Positions 19,286-28,619 are shown, counted from the stretch's first letter. The stretch: DNA of 64,000 nt from an uncultured Alphaproteobacteria bacterium (GCA_963804045.1 CAWDOR010000029.1:15380-79379); one strand, 5' to 3'. Translations and numbers: made by a program. The notes: generated by a model from the letters alone, not told the origin.

Positions 19286-20875
19286 TCAGGCGGCGGCAGG
19301 AAGTTTCTTGCTGCTCTTCGATTCGATGACGGCGCGGAGCCCGCCCCATTTCGGGCGGAAAAGACCGCTCGGCATGGGTTTCAGATTGGCCGAAACCTTC
19401 GGCTTGAAATCCATCAGCGCGAGGACGTCCTTCTCCAAATCGACGCCGGGCGCGACTTCGACCAAGGTGAGGCTGCCGTCCTGCAGCTCGAATACCGCGC
19501 GTTCGGTGACGAACAGCACCTTCTGCTTGACCTTGGTCGCATAGGCGCCGCTGGCGGTGATCTGCTCGACCGCGCCGACGAATTTTTTGTGTTTGCCTTC
19601 GCTTTCGATCGACAGCTTGCCGTCGGCGACGGCGACTTTCAGTCCGCCGGCTGTGAAGCTGCCGACATAGACGACCTTCTTGGCGTGCTGGGTGATGTCA
19701 ATGAACCCGCCGCAACCGACCGACTTGCCGTTGAACTTGCTGACATTGACATTGCCGGCCGTATCGACCTGGGCAAAGCTCTCGAAGGCGATATCGAGGC
19801 CGCCGCCGCTGTACCAGTCGAACTGCACCTGCTGCTCGACGAAGGCGTCGGCGTCGCGCGACATGCCGAAGTCCTTGCCATCGGCCGGAATGCCGCCGAT
19901 CGTTCCCGTTTCCGAGGTCATCGACAGCAGGTCGGAGACGCATTCGACGGCCGCAACCGATCCTATTCCCTGGGGGATGCCGACGCCGAGATTTATGGTG
20001 CAACCGGAGGACAGTTCCATCGCGGCGCGACGCGCAATGATGAGCCGTTCATTGAGCGCCATTGGCGGGACATCGACCATCGGCGACTTGGAGGCGCCGG
20101 AATAAGCCGGATTGAAGGGGGTGAGGGCGGACTGCCAATGATTTCCTGGAGCCGAGACTACGATATGGTCAATCAGGACGCCGGGCACGCGCACCAATTT
20201 TGGATTCAAGGTGCCAGGCTCGGCGACATATTCGACTTCGGCGATGACAATGCCACCGCCGTTCTTTGTCGCCTGGGCCAATGGCAGGATTTCGAACAGG
20301 GCGCCTTCGTCGTCGACGGTCAGGTTGCCGTTCTCATCCGCGGTGGTGCCGCGTATGATGGCGACGTCAACGGGAAAGCTTGGATAGAACAGCCATTCCT
20401 CGCCCTCGAAGGCGATCACTTTGACCAGGTCTTTGGTCGAGATCGCGTTCATTTTGCCGCCCTCGATACGAGGGTCGACGAAAGTGCCGAGGCCGGTTTT
20501 GGTGATCAGCCCGGGACGATGACCGGCGATCTCTCGCCACAATTGCGCGATGACCCCTTGCGGCAGGTTATAGCCTTCGCAACCGCCGCTGAGGATCATC
20601 TTGGCGAAGTCTGGCGACAGGCCGCAATGGCCGCCGATCCAGCGCGAGACCATCCCGTCATGTGCGAAATGCTGCGTGCCTTTGGTCGCCCAGTCGCCGA
20701 CGCCGGCGGCGTGGACGATCGTCAATTTGGCGGGGTGGCCGGAGGCGAGAAAACGCTTTTCCATGGCGATCGCGATTTCTTCCGGCCAGCCGGATATCGC
20801 GCAGGCCGCAGCGCCGACTGTAACGCCGTCCTTGATGAGCGCTATGGCGTCGCTGGCGGAAATGACTTTGGACAT
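19286..20875 (-). CDS. Acyl-CoA:acetate/propionate CoA-transferase family protein (Pct/YdiF-like)
   Basis: 529-aa ORF: MSKVISASDAIALIKDGVTVG..., GLGTFVDPR, ETGTIGG. Confidence 0.9.
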   Translation of the reverse strand: MSKVISASDAIALIKDGVTVGAAACAISGWPEEIAIAMEKRFLASGHPAKLTIVHAAGVGDWATKGTQHFAHDGMVSRWIGGHCGLSPDFAKMILSGGCEGYNLPQGVIAQLWREIAGHRPGLITKTGLGTFVDPRIEGGKMNAISTKDLVKVIAFEGEEWLFYPSFPVDVAIIRGTTADENGNLTVDDEGALFEILPLAQATKNGGGIVIAEVEYVAEPGTLNPKLVRVPGVLIDHIVVSAPGNHWQSALTPFNPAYSGASKSPMVDVPPMALNERLIIARRAAMELSSGCTINLGVGIPQGIGSVAAVECVSDLLSMTSETGTIGGIPADGKDFGMSRDADAFVEQQVQFDWYSGGGLDIAFESFAQVDTAGNVNVSKFNGKSVGCGGFIDITQHAKKVVYVGSFTAGGLKVAVADGKLSIESEGKHKKFVGAVEQITASGAYATKVKQKVLFVTERAVFELQDGSLTLVEVAPGVDLEKDVLALMDFKPKVSANLKPMPSGLFRPKWGGLRAVIESKSSKKLPAAA

Positions 20876-20955
20876 GAAACATCCTTTCGAACCGAAACGG
20901 CTGCAAGAGCGCCTGCTTGATTGGCCAGGGGATCAAGCGCCGCGACGCTTCGGAA

Positions 20956-20977
20956 AGACAGGGTCGGAATGTACTCA
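20956..20977 (-). promoter_or_regulatory. Conserved 22-nt motif copy 6 (upstream of CoA-transferase operon)
   Basis: Minus strand reads TGAGTACATTCCGACCCTGTCT. It lies 80 nt upstream of the ATG at 20875. Confidence 0.65.
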
Positions 20978-21020
20978 CGCTGACGGAATCCGGCGCCGGA
21001 CCGCAGGAGCGCAAGGGATG

Positions 21021-21042
21021 TGAGTAGATTCCGACGCTGGTT
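21021..21042 (+). promoter_or_regulatory. Conserved 22-nt motif copy 7 (upstream of enoyl-CoA hydratase)
   Basis: Plus strand reads TGAGTAGATTCCGACGCTGGTT. It lies 57 nt upstream of the ATG at 21100 and forms a divergent pair with copy 6. Confidence 0.65.
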
Positions 21043-21099
21043 TTGTACGCCCGCGCCGATGAACTGCAAGATCGAGCGCAATCAATCGGAGCGGATCAC

Positions 21100-21905
21100 A
21101 TGAACGTCGCAGTCGAGCCCACGTCGGTCGCCAACGTCCTTTATGAATGCAAGGACGCGATCGCCATTATCACCATCAACCGGCCCAAGGTTCTCAATGC
21201 CCTCGATCAGGTCACATTGACGCAACTCCGGGAGGCTTTCGAGACCGCCCGGGAGGACGCTTCGGTCCTCGGGGTCATCCTCACCGGCGCCGCGGCGACA
21301 GAGCGTTCATCGCGGGGGCTGACATTGGCGAGCTTGCGCGGCTCAGCGTCGTCGAAGCCGAGGCCTATTCGCGCCAGGGCCAGGCTTTGCTCGATCTCAT
21401 CGAGACGTTCGGCAAGCCGGTGATTGCGGCGGTGAATGGTTATGCTTTGGGCGGGGGATGCGAAGCCGCGATGGCTTGCACCATCCGGCTGGCGGCCGAT
21501 AACGCGAAATTCGGTCAGCCCGAGGTCAAGCTTGGCCTCATTCCCGGTTTTGGCGGAACGCAGCGGCTGGCGCGTCTGGTTGGCAAGGGACGAGCTTTGC
21601 AGCTGATCCTGACGGGCGCGATGGTCGACGCTCAGGAAGCCTACCGACTGGGCCTGGTCAACGAGATCGTTCCGCATGCCGATTTGATCGCGCGCGCCGA
21701 GACAATTTTACGGCAAATCGGAGCCAATGCCCCGCTTGCCATAAAATTTGCGATTGAGGCGGTGAACAAGGGAATGGAGACCAGTTTGCCGGAAGGTCTT
21801 GCGCTTGAAGGCTCGCTTTTTGCGATATGCGCCTCGACGGAAGACAAGGCGGAGGGAACGTCCGCTTTCCTCGCAAAACGCGCCCCAGGCTTCCACGGCC
21901 ATTGA
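21100..21905 (+). pseudogene. Enoyl-CoA hydratase/crotonase, apparent frameshift (or assembly error)
   Basis: MNVAVEPTSVANVLYECKDAIAIITINRPKVLNAL...GVILTG is in frame 1. ...DRAFIAGADI...GGGCEAAMACT...AEGTSAFLAKRAP is in ORF 21147..21905. The switch lies within 21286-21297 (ggcgccGCggcgac). Confidence 0.8.
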
Positions 21906-21942
21906 CGCGGAGCTTCGCTGCCGCCGAAACCACGAGCCTGCG

Positions 21943-21964
21943 TGAGTAGATTCCGAACCTGTCG
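21943..21964 (+). promoter_or_regulatory. Conserved 22-nt motif copy 8 (upstream of hydrogenase operon)
   Basis: Plus strand reads TGAGTAGATTCCGAACCTGTCG. It lies 56 nt upstream of the hypC-like ATG at 22021. Confidence 0.65.
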
Positions 21965-22020
21965 CGGCTGCCGAAAGCGATTATTTTTCGGCGTCGGAAA
22001 CAACCAGCCGAGTTCCGTGC

Positions 22021-22305
22021 ATGTGTGTCACCATCCCAATGCGCATCACGAGCGTCGAAAACCATCGCGCGTGTTGTGAAGCCAGAGGAATCCGACGAGA
22101 AATCAGGCTTGACCTGCTCGACTGCCCCGTTGTCGTTGGCGATTATGTTCTCATCCACGCCGGCTATGCGCTTCAGGTCATGACCGAGGCGGACGCCCAG
22201 GCAACGTGGGGCCTTTTCGACCAGATAGCGTCCACGCTCGACCACGCCGACGCGGAAAATCAATACGCACATAGTTTCGGCGACGCCTCCAAGGAAACAA
22301 GCTGA
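22021..22305 (+). CDS. HypC/HybG/HupF-family hydrogenase assembly chaperone
   Basis: 94 aa starting MCVTIPMRI (N-terminal Cys2). GDYVLIHAGYA motif. Confidence 0.8.
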   Translation: MCVTIPMRITSVENHRACCEARGIRREIRLDLLDCPVVVGDYVLIHAGYALQVMTEADAQATWGLFDQIASTLDHADAENQYAHSFGDASKETS

Positions 22306-22838
22306 TGAACACTGTCGTTGCTGTCGAAGCCGAAGAAAAGCTTGGCCGAATATGGCCCTGCGTGCGCAATGTCACCGTTCTCGGCCTTGGCAATATCCTG
22401 CTGTCGGATGACGGCGTTGGCGTGCATGTCGCGCGCAGCCTGGCAATGAACCCGGGAGCGCCCCAGGGACTGCGCGCCATCGACGGGGGCACGCTGGGGT
22501 TTCGCTTGATGGAAGCGCTGACCCAGTCGGAATCGGTGCTCATCGTCGACGCGGCGCTGTTGGGTGAACCGGCGGGGGCGATGCGTCTGCTGGAGAGCCA
22601 GGAACTCCACGACCATGTCAGCCGAAGCGGTCGCGTCAGCGCCCATGAGGCTGGTCTTTCGGACATGCTGACTCTGGCCAGGCTCGAAGGTTGGGCGCCG
22701 AAACACTTGGCCCTTCTGGCGGTGCAGCCGCAGCTTGTCGATTGGGGCGATGCGCTCAGCGAAGCCGTGGCGCAATCGGTTCCCGCCGCCTGTCGGAAAG
22801 CCACCGACAAGGTTCTGAGCTGGCTGGCGGCGGCATGA
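22305..22838 (+). CDS. Hydrogenase maturation endopeptidase (HyaD/HybD/HoxM family)
   Basis: 177 aa: VLGLGNILLSDDGVGVHV ... DAALLGEPAG ... SAHEAGL. Confidence 0.85.
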   Translation: MNTVVAVEAEEKLGRIWPCVRNVTVLGLGNILLSDDGVGVHVARSLAMNPGAPQGLRAIDGGTLGFRLMEALTQSESVLIVDAALLGEPAGAMRLLESQELHDHVSRSGRVSAHEAGLSDMLTLARLEGWAPKHLALLAVQPQLVDWGDALSEAVAQSVPAACRKATDKVLSWLAAA

Positions 22839-23242
22839 AAGATTTCAATTTTCTCGACGATGACAAATTGGTCGACGCGCTGCTTGTCCAGGTCTCCGGG
22901 TTGCTGTTGCGGCTGATCGAGCATGGCGAGGAAGGAGCGATCGATCTTCTCGGCCTGCCCTTGTCGCCGTCTTCTGTGGCGGAGCTCGAACAAAGGTTGG
23001 GTCGTGGCGAAATCAATGTCCGTCTCGACGCGTTCGGGTTCAGCGAAATCCGCGAGACCGGTTTCCCCGGCGTGTGGTGGACACAGCATGCTGACGAGTC
23101 GGGCCGGGTGATCGCGCGTCTGATCGAAGTGGCTTTCGTCCCGAATATTTTGCGCGCCGACGCGGAAGACATGAAACGCGGTCAGGAGCGCCTGCTCGCG
23201 TCCGCAAATGGCGCGCGAAAATCCAGCAGATCGGCAGCCTGA
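22835..23242 (+). CDS. Hydrogenase accessory protein (HyaF/HupH C-terminal-domain-like)
   Basis: Internal ATG at 22835 overlaps the protease stop (ATGA). 135 aa with SEIRETGFPGVWW. Assignment rests on context and recollection. Confidence 0.5.
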   Translation: MKDFNFLDDDKLVDALLVQVSGLLLRLIEHGEEGAIDLLGLPLSPSSVAELEQRLGRGEINVRLDAFGFSEIRETGFPGVWWTQHADESGRVIARLIEVAFVPNILRADAEDMKRGQERLLASANGARKSSRSAA

Positions 23243-24333
23243 TGCAAGATGCGCGAGATGACGACACGGAAACCTTGGGCGACATGCTCGCCTCTCGCGG
23301 CATAGGGCGACGAACCCTTCTGAAATTCGCCATCGCCATGGCCTCGAGTCTGGCTTTGCCGCCCGGCGTCGCGCCGCTGATGGCCGCCAATCTCGCCAAG
23401 GCGAAACGGCGCTCGGTCATCTGGCTTTCGTTCCAGGAATGCACGGGCTGCGTCGAGACGCTCCTGCGCTCGTCGAGCCCGACCATCGACCAGCTCATCT
23501 TCGATTTCATCTCGCTGGATTATCAGGAAGCGCTGATGGCGGCGGCGGGCGCTGCGGCGGAGAAAACCTTGCATGACGCCATCGCCGCCAACAAGGGCGA
23601 ATATCTGCTGGCCATTGATGGGTCGATCCCGACCAAGGACAGCGGCGTTTATTCCCTGACCGGAGGGCGCAGCAATCTCAGCATGCTCCACGACGTCGCC
23701 GCCGACGCCAAAGCCATTCTGGCGATCGGCACTTGTGCGGCCTTTGGCGGCATACCGAAGGCCTTCCCCAATCCGACCGGAGCGGTCGGCGTCGAGGACC
23801 TCGTCTCGAACAAGCCGATCGTCAATATTCCCGGCTGCCCGCCAGTGCCGGAAGTGCTCAGCGGCGTGCTGGCCTATTTCATCAGCTTCGGCAAGCTGCC
23901 GGATCTCGACGAGCGCAAGCGTCCGCTCGCCTATTTCGGCGCCACCATCCACGATCAATGCTATCGCCGCGCCTTCTACGACCAGGGCAAGTTCGCGCAT
24001 TCCTTCGACGACGAAGGCGCGCGCCAGGGCTGGTGCCTGTTCGAGCTCGGGTGCAAGGGACCTACAACCCACAACGCCTGCGCCAGTCTCAAATGGAATA
24101 ACGGGACCAGCTTTCCAATTCAGTCGGGTCATGGCTGCATCGGCTGTTCCGAGCCGGAGTTCTGGGACGCGGGCGGTTTTTACACCTCGCTCGCCGGCGG
24201 CAGCGCTACTGGTTGGCGCAACGCCGGGCTCGCCGCCGCTGTCGGCGTCGCGGGAGGGGCCGCCGCGGCGCTGGCCGCGCGAAGCAAGGCGGAAAACCTG
24301 GATTCGCGTCCTGAACCGGAGGACAAGCCATGA
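23242..24333 (+). CDS. [NiFe] hydrogenase small subunit (Tat-exported, C-terminal anchor)
   Basis: Twin-arginine signal GIGRRTLLKF. Cys motifs ECTGC, GTCA, GCPP, GCKG, CIGC. Hydrophobic C-terminal tail. Confidence 0.9.
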   Translation: MQDARDDDTETLGDMLASRGIGRRTLLKFAIAMASSLALPPGVAPLMAANLAKAKRRSVIWLSFQECTGCVETLLRSSSPTIDQLIFDFISLDYQEALMAAAGAAAEKTLHDAIAANKGEYLLAIDGSIPTKDSGVYSLTGGRSNLSMLHDVAADAKAILAIGTCAAFGGIPKAFPNPTGAVGVEDLVSNKPIVNIPGCPPVPEVLSGVLAYFISFGKLPDLDERKRPLAYFGATIHDQCYRRAFYDQGKFAHSFDDEGARQGWCLFELGCKGPTTHNACASLKWNNGTSFPIQSGHGCIGCSEPEFWDAGGFYTSLAGGSATGWRNAGLAAAVGVAGGAAAALAARSKAENLDSRPEPEDKP

Positions 24334-25004
24334 CCTTCCTGGACATGACCTTGCTGGAATTTGCGCGCGGGCCAGCGTGGCAGGCGTCGGCCCTGATCCT
24401 TATCGCCGGCGTCGCCTGGCGCCTTGTCGCTTTAATCCTGCTGCGTCGTCGACCCCAATTCGCCGCGCCCAGGCATGGCCTGCCGGGACGCATCAAAGGG
24501 GGCGCCAAGACGATCCTGACGCGATTTGTCCCCCGTCGCACGTTCTGGCCGAGGATCGCGGTCAGCGTCGTGCTCAGCGCAACCTTTCATATCGGGCTGG
24601 CGATCATCATCTTCGGAGGCGCGCCGCACATCCAGCTGATCCATCAATTCACCGGCCTGGGCTGGCCGGGCCTGCCGAAAGGCGTCATCGTGCTGGTCAG
24701 CGGCGTGACGCTTGCAAGCATGATCGCCTTGCTCATTCGCCGCATCAATCATCCGGTTTTGCGGCTGTTATCGACCGCGGACGATTACCTGAGCTGGCTG
24801 CTGGTGTTTCTTCCCGTCTTGACCGGAGTTCTGCTGTCAGGAGAGACCATCGCCGGCTACGAAACTCTGCTTGCCCTGCACATCATCAGCGTCGAACTGA
24901 TGTTGATCTGGCTGCCGTTCGGCAAGCTGATGCACGCCGGTCTCGTCTTCGCCGGACGCGGACTCATGGGCATGAATTTCAGCCGAAAGGGCGCGGCCAC
25001 ATGA
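24330..25004 (+). CDS. Isp1-like integral membrane (NarI/HdrE-type cytochrome b-like) hydrogenase subunit
   Basis: 224 aa with about 5 TM helices. ATGA overlaps on both sides. It lies between the small and large subunit genes. Confidence 0.7.
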   Translation: MTFLDMTLLEFARGPAWQASALILIAGVAWRLVALILLRRRPQFAAPRHGLPGRIKGGAKTILTRFVPRRTFWPRIAVSVVLSATFHIGLAIIIFGGAPHIQLIHQFTGLGWPGLPKGVIVLVSGVTLASMIALLIRRINHPVLRLLSTADDYLSWLLVFLPVLTGVLLSGETIAGYETLLALHIISVELMLIWLPFGKLMHAGLVFAGRGLMGMNFSRKGAAT

Positions 25005-26302
25005 ACAATGTCCCGACCCCGCCAGCGACAGGCGCGATCCGCCCCGATGAAGCGCAGGTGGCCAAGGCCATGCGCGGTTTTCTTGCCGACATCGGGCCGT
25101 CTTCGGCTCTGGCGCTGGATTCCTGCATCCATTGCGGGCGCTGCGCCGAGGCTTGCCAATTCTATGTGCGGAGCGGCGACCCACGCTATACGCCGATCCA
25201 CAAGGTCGCGCCTTTCAAGCAGGCCTATGAGCGCGAGATGGGGCCCTTCGCCTTCGTCTACAAACTGCTCGGCCTGACGCCGAAGATCAGCGCTGACGAG
25301 CTGATGCAATGGCAGGAGCTGCTTTATGATTCCTGCAACATGTGCGGGCGCTGTTCGCTGATCTGCCCGATGGGAATCGATATCGCCGATCTCGTCGAAC
25401 AGGCGCGGCACGGCATGTTTGTCGCGGGAATGACGCCGCCCGATTTTCTGGGCATTCTCGCCGAAAAGGAAAAAGCCACAGGCAGTCCCTTCGGGATGAC
25501 CACGCCGCAATTGCAGGATGCGCTGCATGACATTGGCGCGAAACATGGGGTCGTCATGCATGTCGACGAGGCGAGGGCGGAGATCGTCCCGACCATATCT
25601 TCCATCGACCTGAAGACTTATCCCTCTTCCATGGCGGCAATCGCCAAAATCCTCAATCACATGGGCGCATCCTGGTCCTTTCGCACCGATGGCTTCGACG
25701 CCGACAACGTCGCCTTGACGGCGGGCGACCGCGTGGGTCAGCGCAAGATCACGCTCGGCATTGTCAAGGCTGCCATCGCCTGCGGCGCCAAAACGGTTGT
25801 CATGCCGGAATGCGGCCATTCCTTTACCGAGATGCGCTGGGAGGCCGCCAATGCTTACGGAGGCGACCTGCCGTTCCGGATCGTGCAGATCACCGAGTTG
25901 CTCGCTGAAGGCCTCGCGGACGGAAAAATCCGCGTGAACACGGCTCCGCAAACGGCGACCTATCACGACGCCTGCCAGCTGTCCCGGCGTGGCGGCGCCA
26001 CGGCGGCGCCGCGAGCGATCCTTGAAAGTCTCGGGGTCGATTTGCACGAGATGGAGGACGCCGGCGAAGAAAACTGGTGCTGCGGCGGCGGCGGCGGCGT
26101 CGCCCTCATCAAGCGCGCGCAGCCGTTGCGCGACAAGGCGTTCGCAATCAAGCAGCGGCAGGTCGAGGCGACCGGCGCCGCCAAGGTGTTCACCTCCTGC
26201 TCAGGCTGCCGGCAAACGCTGGACCATGGCGGCAAGGCCGCAGGCTGGGACAAGGACGTCGCCAGCCTGCTGGAACTGGTCGCCGATAACCTCAAGGATT
26301 AA
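25001..26302 (+). CDS. Isp2-like HdrD-type iron-sulfur protein (2x[4Fe-4S] + CCG domains)
   Basis: Real start MNNVPTPP at 25001. CIHCGRCAEAC and CNMCGRCSLICP ferredoxin motifs, CCGGGGG and CSGC (CCG domains). The upstream 420 aa of the 855-aa track ORF is out-of-frame shadow. Confidence 0.8.
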   Translation: MNNVPTPPATGAIRPDEAQVAKAMRGFLADIGPSSALALDSCIHCGRCAEACQFYVRSGDPRYTPIHKVAPFKQAYEREMGPFAFVYKLLGLTPKISADELMQWQELLYDSCNMCGRCSLICPMGIDIADLVEQARHGMFVAGMTPPDFLGILAEKEKATGSPFGMTTPQLQDALHDIGAKHGVVMHVDEARAEIVPTISSIDLKTYPSSMAAIAKILNHMGASWSFRTDGFDADNVALTAGDRVGQRKITLGIVKAAIACGAKTVVMPECGHSFTEMRWEAANAYGGDLPFRIVQITELLAEGLADGKIRVNTAPQTATYHDACQLSRRGGATAAPRAILESLGVDLHEMEDAGEENWCCGGGGGVALIKRAQPLRDKAFAIKQRQVEATGAAKVFTSCSGCRQTLDHGGKAAGWDKDVASLLELVADNLKD

Positions 26303-26305
26303 TTC

Positions 26306-28048
26306 ATGACCACCCGGACCATCGTCGTCGATCCGATCACCCGGATCGAAGGGCATTTGCGGATCGAGGCCGAGATCGACGCCGCGGGAAATGTCGTCAG
26401 GGCGATCAGCGCGGGCACCCAGGTGCGCGGCATCGAGATCATATTGCGCGATCGCGATCCTCGCGACGCCTGGGCTTTCGCGCAGCGCATCTGCGGCGTC
26501 TGCACCCTGGTGCATGGGCTCGCCTCGGTGCGGGCGGTGGAGGATGCGCTCGCCATAAAAATTCCAGCGAATGCAGAACTGATCCGTAACCTGATGGTCG
26601 GCGCCCAGATGCTGCAGGATCATGTCATCCATTTCTATCATCTTCAGGCGCTGGATTGGGTCAATCCTCTCAATGCGCTGAAGGCCGACCCGCAGGCCGC
26701 CGCGCGAATCGCCGCCGGGCTCGGCTATCGCGACACGTCGGTCGCCTCGTTCGCCGCTGCGCAAGACCGGCTGAAGGGTTTTGTGAAGTCTGGGCAGCTG
26801 GGAATATTTTCCAACGGCTGGTGGGGTCATCCTGACTACAAGCTCGCGCCGGAAGTCGACCTGATCGCCCTGTCGCATTATTTTGAGGCCCTGGCCTGGC
26901 AACGGGAAATCGGCGAAGTCCTGACCATATTCGGCGGCAAGAATCCACATCCCAACGTCGCCGTCGGCGGCGCGCCTTGCGCCATCGCCATCGACGCCAA
27001 GCTTCCAGGCGGCGGCGACGCGACCGCGGTGTCGATGACCGGACTGATCCGGGTGCGTCAATTGATCGAGACCATGAGGAGTTTCGTCGAGGGCGTCTAT
27101 CTTCCCGATCTGGTCGCCATCGGCAGCGGCTACAAGGACTGGTTTTCACGCGGAGAAGGCGTCGGCAATTTCATGACCTATGGCGATTTCGCCGGTCCGA
27201 CGGCTGGCAATGGGTTTGGTGTGCCGCGCGGCGTCGTGCTCGGTCGCGATCTCACAAAAATCCTTTCCGTCGATCTTGAGGACCCGGAGCAGATCCAGGA
27301 ATATGTCGCGCATTCCTGGTACAAATACGCCAAGGGCCAGAACGGGGCGCTGCATCCATTTGAGGGCGAAACGGCCCTCGACTATACCGGGCCGCCGCCA
27401 CCGTTCGAACATCTCGATCCTGGCGGCGCCTATTCCTGGGTGAAGGCGCCGCGTTGGCGCGGCAAGCCGATGGAGGTCGGGCCACTGGCTCGACTGGCGC
27501 TGCTGCATGCCGCCGGAGACGCTCCCGCGAAGGCGCTGACGGCGGAAACGCTCGGGCGGCTGGGGTTACCCTTCGACGCCATTTATTCGACCTTGGGCCG
27601 CATCCTGGCGCGCGGAATCGAAAGCAAGTTGCTGGTCGACCGGATGGCCGGCTGGCACGACAGCCTGATGGCCAATATCGCGGCCGGCGATTTGCGGACG
27701 TTCAATGATGAAAAATGGGAGCCCGCGAGCTGGCCGAGACATGCCCAGGGCATTGGCACGATCGAGGGGCCGCGCGGGGCGCTGGGGCATTGGATCGTCA
27801 TCGACGAGGGCAAGATCAAGAATTACCAGGCCGTCGTGCCGACGACATGGAACGCCGGTCCGCAAGACGACAGGGGGCAGCATGGCCCCTATGAGGCGGC
27901 GCTGATGGACGGACGCCATAAATTGGCGCTGGCGGACCAGCCCCTGGAAGTGCTGCGCACGATTCACAGTTTCGATCCCTGCATGGCCTGCGCCGCGCAT
28001 GTGTTCGATCCCGCTGGCGTTGAGGTCGGGCAGGTGACGATCCGCTAA
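26306..28048 (+). CDS. [NiFe] hydrogenase large subunit
   Basis: 580 aa. N-terminal RIEGH and RICGVC. C-terminal DPCMACAAH followed by the cleavable extension VFDPAGVEVGQVTIR. Confidence 0.95.
   Translation: MTTRTIVVDPITRIEGHLRIEAEIDAAGNVVRAISAGTQVRGIEIILRDRDPRDAWAFAQRICGVCTLVHGLASVRAVEDALAIKIPANAELIRNLMVGAQMLQDHVIHFYHLQALDWVNPLNALKADPQAAARIAAGLGYRDTSVASFAAAQDRLKGFVKSGQLGIFSNGWWGHPDYKLAPEVDLIALSHYFEALAWQREIGEVLTIFGGKNPHPNVAVGGAPCAIAIDAKLPGGGDATAVSMTGLIRVRQLIETMRSFVEGVYLPDLVAIGSGYKDWFSRGEGVGNFMTYGDFAGPTAGNGFGVPRGVVLGRDLTKILSVDLEDPEQIQEYVAHSWYKYAKGQNGALHPFEGETALDYTGPPPPFEHLDPGGAYSWVKAPRWRGKPMEVGPLARLALLHAAGDAPAKALTAETLGRLGLPFDAIYSTLGRILARGIESKLLVDRMAGWHDSLMANIAAGDLRTFNDEKWEPASWPRHAQGIGTIEGPRGALGHWIVIDEGKIKNYQAVVPTTWNAGPQDDRGQHGPYEAALMDGRHKLALADQPLEVLRTIHSFDPCMACAAHVFDPAGVEVGQVTIR
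28003..28048 (+). repeat. Direct repeat copy A: last 14 codons plus stop of the hydrogenase large subunit
   Basis: gttcgatcccgcTggcgtTgaggtcgggcaggtgacgatccgctAa. 43/46 identical to 42407-42452. Confidence 0.9.
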
Positions 28049-28436
28049 TGAATCCAGCCGAGTTCGGCAGCGGCGTGGCCTCGATGGCTCCGGCGGCGCC
28101 GAACAGGGCTATGTTCTGGCGCGGCGGACTCGTGCCGGATGGCAAATATCTCTGCATCTTCGGAGTGTTCGCTGGTCGGCAAGACTAAATCCGACCCATC
28201 AGCAGCAAGATGACGACGATAAGAAGAGCGAGGCCAATGCCGCACTTGGGAAATAGCCCCAATTTGCGCTGTGAGGCCATGTCGGAAACGTGCTGACCAG
28301 GCGGCGCTGCGATTGAACGATTCAGGCTCAGCGCGCAGAAAAGCATTCAGTTTGTTCGCGGATATGACGGCGTTAAGGGCTCAACGTCCTGGCGCCCGGA
28401 GGGGAGCGCCAGGGCGATCTCGGCTTGCGCGGCCGC

Positions 28437-28619
28437 TTACTTTGCCAGGACTTCCTTCAGCGCGTCTTTCACGCCACCAATGACGTTCTGGGCCTTGCCA
28501 ACGGCCACGTCGTTTTTGCCTTCGGCGACCAGCTTGGCGTCGCCGAGCGTTTTGCCGGCGGCCTCCTTGACGGCGCCGGCGGCCTGCTTGGCGATTCCGG
28601 CGAGACGATCCTTGTCCAT
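28437..28619 (-). CDS. csbD: CsbD-family general stress protein
   Basis: Internal ATG at 28619 with AGGAG SD. The protein is MDKDRLAGIAKQAAGAVKEAAGKTLGDAKLVAEGKNDVAVGKAQNVIGGVKDALKEVLAK. Confidence 0.8.
   Translation of the reverse strand: MDKDRLAGIAKQAAGAVKEAAGKTLGDAKLVAEGKNDVAVGKAQNVIGGVKDALKEVLAK

Noticed and set aside
23735-25000. N-terminal 420 aa of the 855-aa track ORF 23735..26302.
   Set aside because: It is an out-of-frame read-through across the hydrogenase small-subunit and Isp1 genes. Only the part from the ATG at 25001 (HdrD-like Isp2) has recognisable motifs.
28185-28280. A 31-aa minus-strand ORF (MASQRKLGLFPKCGIGLALLIVVILLLMGRI) just downstream of the hydrogenase operon, and a 30-aa plus-strand ORF at 36443-36535 (MIMHDWTARHWVVAALIIGLTVGAFILRWA).
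   Set aside because: Both look like single-TM micro-proteins, and the second has an AAGGA SD. They are too short to support without conservation or expression data.
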